Positions 61,718-64,000 of a DNA stretch of 64,000 nt are shown piece after piece. Position 1 is the first letter of the stretch, and each line of letters starts with the position of its first letter. This stretch comes from Methanotrichaceae archaeon (lineage in GTDB: Archaea; Halobacteriota; Methanosarcinia; Methanotrichales; Methanotrichaceae): assembly GCA_963813075.1 (NCBI GenBank), contig CAWEXU010000016.1, forward strand, positions 33,610 to 97,609, read 5' to 3'. The notes beneath the pieces were generated by a model. That model did not search any database and was not told the origin of the DNA. It saw nothing but the letters and a program-made list of their open reading frames with translations. Made by a program: the position numbers and the translations under genes.

Positions 61718-62413
61718 TTACGCATTAGCCATGGCAGCGGCTGCAATCTCCGCTTCCTTCTTGGCCAGCTCAGCTGCGGCTTTCCTCTCGGACTTGCCCT
61801 TGAGCATCTTCATCTTGACCAGGTTGTCCCTTTCCATCTCCTCCAGGGCCATGGAGATGAACTTGATGGTCAACTTGAGGTCAGGAACCACCTTGAACTC
61901 CAGAGCATTAACACGCCTCTTAGTGCTATCGATATCCTCGACGAGCCTTATCATGGCGGTCTCTACCTCTGCAGCCAGGATGATCTTGTCCAGCAAAGCC
62001 TCATAGGCATCTGCCGCCTCATCGATGGCCGCACCGGTCCCTATGATGCCGTAGCCTCGCTCGTACATCTTCTTCTGCACGGCTTCAGCCTCGATCTTAG
62101 GAACCACTACGCCCATGATGTTTCTGGACTCGAGCTGGATGGTTGGCTCTTTTTGCAGGGAGTAGGCCACGCTTCCGATGGCAACTGTTCCCTCGATGGC
62201 CATGGCCATTTGAAGTCTCTGCTCAGCTATGACCAGAGCTTCGACCAGCTCTTTCCTGACCGTCTTGGCCTTATTCAGCACCTCGAAGAACTCGATCATA
62301 AGGCCGTCACGCTTCATTTTGAGGAGCGAGTGGCCAGTTTGAGCTACCTTCATTCGTTTCTTGAGAGCGATCAGGACCGCCCTGGTCGGTTTCGTTCCAG
62401 GAATTACGGGCAT
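61718..62413 (-). CDS. atpD: A1Ao ATP synthase subunit D
   Basis: 'KPTR..L..LK.R...A..GH.LLKMKRDGL', 'NIMGV.VP', 'TKRRVNALE'. Confidence 0.95.
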   Translation of the reverse strand: MPVIPGTKPTRAVLIALKKRMKVAQTGHSLLKMKRDGLMIEFFEVLNKAKTVRKELVEALVIAEQRLQMAMAIEGTVAIGSVAYSLQKEPTIQLESRNIMGVVVPKIEAEAVQKKMYERGYGIIGTGAAIDEAADAYEALLDKIILAAEVETAMIRLVEDIDSTKRRVNALEFKVVPDLKLTIKFISMALEEMERDNLVKMKMLKGKSERKAAAELAKKEAEIAAAAMANA

Positions 62414-62417
62414 GATC

Positions 62418-63803
62418 TCACTTCTTCGCCGTGCTTGCGTACTTGGGATGATACTGCTTGATGTATTTGTCGTCAATCCTGGTGAGCATCGCTTCCGGAA
62501 GGTCGGCAAGGAGATCCCATCCGATCTGGAGGGTCTCGAATATGGACCGATCCTCATCTCTGCGCTGGTTGACGAATCTTTTCTCGAACTTGTCGGCAAA
62601 CTCCAGGACCAATTTATCGCGTTCCGAGAGAGCCTCTTTGCCCACGATAGCCGCAAGGCCGCGCAGATCATTGCCCTCTGCATAATAAGCATAGAGCTGA
62701 TCAGATACTGCTCTGTGATCCTCGCGAGTGTGGCCCTTGCCGATTCCGGAGTTCATCAGCCGGCTTAAGCTAGGCCTTATGTCGACGGGCGGATAGATGC
62801 CCTTTCTGTGCAGCTCTCGGGAGATGAGGATCTGACCCTCGGTGATGTATCCGGACAGGTCCGGAATGGGGTGGGTGATGTCATCGCCGGGCATGGTCAG
62901 GATGGGGAACTGGGTGATGGATCCCTTCTTGCCCTTGATGATGCCTGCTCTCTCGTACTGGCAGGCCAGGTCGGTGTACATGTAACCTGGGTAGCCGCGT
63001 CGTCCGGGAACCTCTTCACGAGCAGCTCCCATCTGCCTGAGCGACTCGCAATAGTTGGTCATGTCGGTGTAGATGATGAGCACGTGCATGTCCAGATCGA
63101 ATGCCAGGTACTCGGCGGTGGTCAGGCCCAGCCTGGGGGTGAGAATCCTCTCTACAGCCGGGTCATCGGCCAGGTTGAGGAACACCACTGCCCTCTCCAG
63201 AGCACCGGTTCTCTCGAAGTCAGCCAGGAAGTGCTGAGCCTCTTCGTTGGTGATGCCCATGGCGCAGAAGATAACTGCGAAGGACTCCGCTTCTCCAAGG
63301 GCCTTGGCTTGCCTGGCGATCTGCAGAGCAAGGTCGTTGTGAGGCAGACCAGCACCAGAGAAGATGGGCAGCTTCTGGCCGCGCACCAGGGTATTTGTGC
63401 CATCGATAGTTGAGATACCCGTCTGGATAAATGCACGGGGCTTCTCACGGGAAGCTGGATTGATGGCAGCTCCTGCAATATCTCTCAATACATCGGGCAC
63501 GATCTCAGGGCCGCCGTCTCTGGGCTTTCCAGATCCGGACAGAACGCGTCCCACGATGGCGGGAGACAATGGCATCTTGATGACGTCTCCGGTGAAACTG
63601 ACGGCAGAATCCTTGGACAGACCACCGGTTCCCTCGAATATCTGAATAACCACGATGTCATCAGAGGAATCCAGCACCTGTCCTCTTTTCAGATCTCCGC
63701 CAGTTCTGATCTCGACGAGCTCCATGTAGCCCACTGGCTCGGTCTTCTCCACGAAGATGAGTGGTCCGGAGATCTCAGTAATCGTCTTGTATTCCTTTGT
63801 CAT
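62418..63803 (-). CDS. atpB: A1Ao ATP synthase subunit B
   Basis: 'IQTGISTID', '[10 protein letters not shown]', '[17 protein letters not shown]', 'THPIPDL'. Confidence 0.96.
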   Translation of the reverse strand: MTKEYKTITEISGPLIFVEKTEPVGYMELVEIRTGGDLKRGQVLDSSDDIVVIQIFEGTGGLSKDSAVSFTGDVIKMPLSPAIVGRVLSGSGKPRDGGPEIVPDVLRDIAGAAINPASREKPRAFIQTGISTIDGTNTLVRGQKLPIFSGAGLPHNDLALQIARQAKALGEAESFAVIFCAMGITNEEAQHFLADFERTGALERAVVFLNLADDPAVERILTPRLGLTTAEYLAFDLDMHVLIIYTDMTNYCESLRQMGAAREEVPGRRGYPGYMYTDLACQYERAGIIKGKKGSITQFPILTMPGDDITHPIPDLSGYITEGQILISRELHRKGIYPPVDIRPSLSRLMNSGIGKGHTREDHRAVSDQLYAYYAEGNDLRGLAAIVGKEALSERDKLVLEFADKFEKRFVNQRRDEDRSIFETLQIGWDLLADLPEAMLTRIDDKYIKQYHPKYASTAKK

Positions 63804-63815
63804 TTTGAACCCTCC

Positions 63816-64000
63816 TCACTTCAGCGCCTTAAACTCGGCATCCATCTGAGTCAGAACCTTTGCCAGTATGGGCTCATACTCAGCTTCCAGTCTTACCTTG
63901 GCCAGAGCATCCTTGGATGGAACAGATGTGATCTGCCCAACAGGTATGCCTTTCTGGACTGCCTCGAAGGCGTAGTCCCTGTACTTCAGGATGGCTTCCA
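63816..64000 (-). CDS. atpA: A1Ao ATP synthase subunit A, 3' end (partial)
   Basis: Reads ...AILKYRDYAFEAVQKGIPVGQITSVPSKDALAKVRLEAEYEPILAKVLTQMDAEFKALK*, immediately upstream of atpB with a GGAGG RBS. Confidence 0.85.
   Translation of the reverse strand, partial: EAILKYRDYAFEAVQKGIPVGQITSVPSKDALAKVRLEAEYEPILAKVLTQMDAEFKALK

Overview
Archaeal chromosomal segment, most consistent with an acetoclastic Methanosarcinales-type methanogen such as Methanothrix. The taxonomic call is an inference from mfnA, ycaO/tfuA, mmp10, the A1Ao-ATPase genes, eIF5A, Sec61beta and a family of secreted proteins. Most of the window is housekeeping: ppsA, moeA, an HSR-like regulator-cdc48-lonB-tldD run, a larE-sufS-fdhD-ttuA sulfur cluster, nadA, smc-scpA, an AOR, rnhB, initiator tRNA-Met, trpB2 and atpA/B/D. 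About ten conserved genes carry single-base frameshifts, several at homopolymers or CCWGG/CCGG sites, which looks like long-read assembly error. The most interesting loci are: (1) a UDG-superfamily glycosylase-like gene coupled to a degenerate-HAD/amidohydrolase fusion, about 1.3 kb downstream of tRNA-iMet; (2) mmp10 followed on the same strand by a SPASM radical SAM enzyme, DUF2124 and a membrane 4Fe-4S protein, close to ycaO-tfuA-SAMP; (3) an AT-richer AlbA_2(Schlafen)-ATPase plus ParA-like cassette; (4) two secreted double-rhodanese paralogs with the catalytic Cys replaced and a new CLPC motif; (5) a decayed toxin-antitoxin/radical SAM island. No CRISPR array, rRNA or intact transposase was seen. 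Family assignments come from motif recognition, not from database searches.
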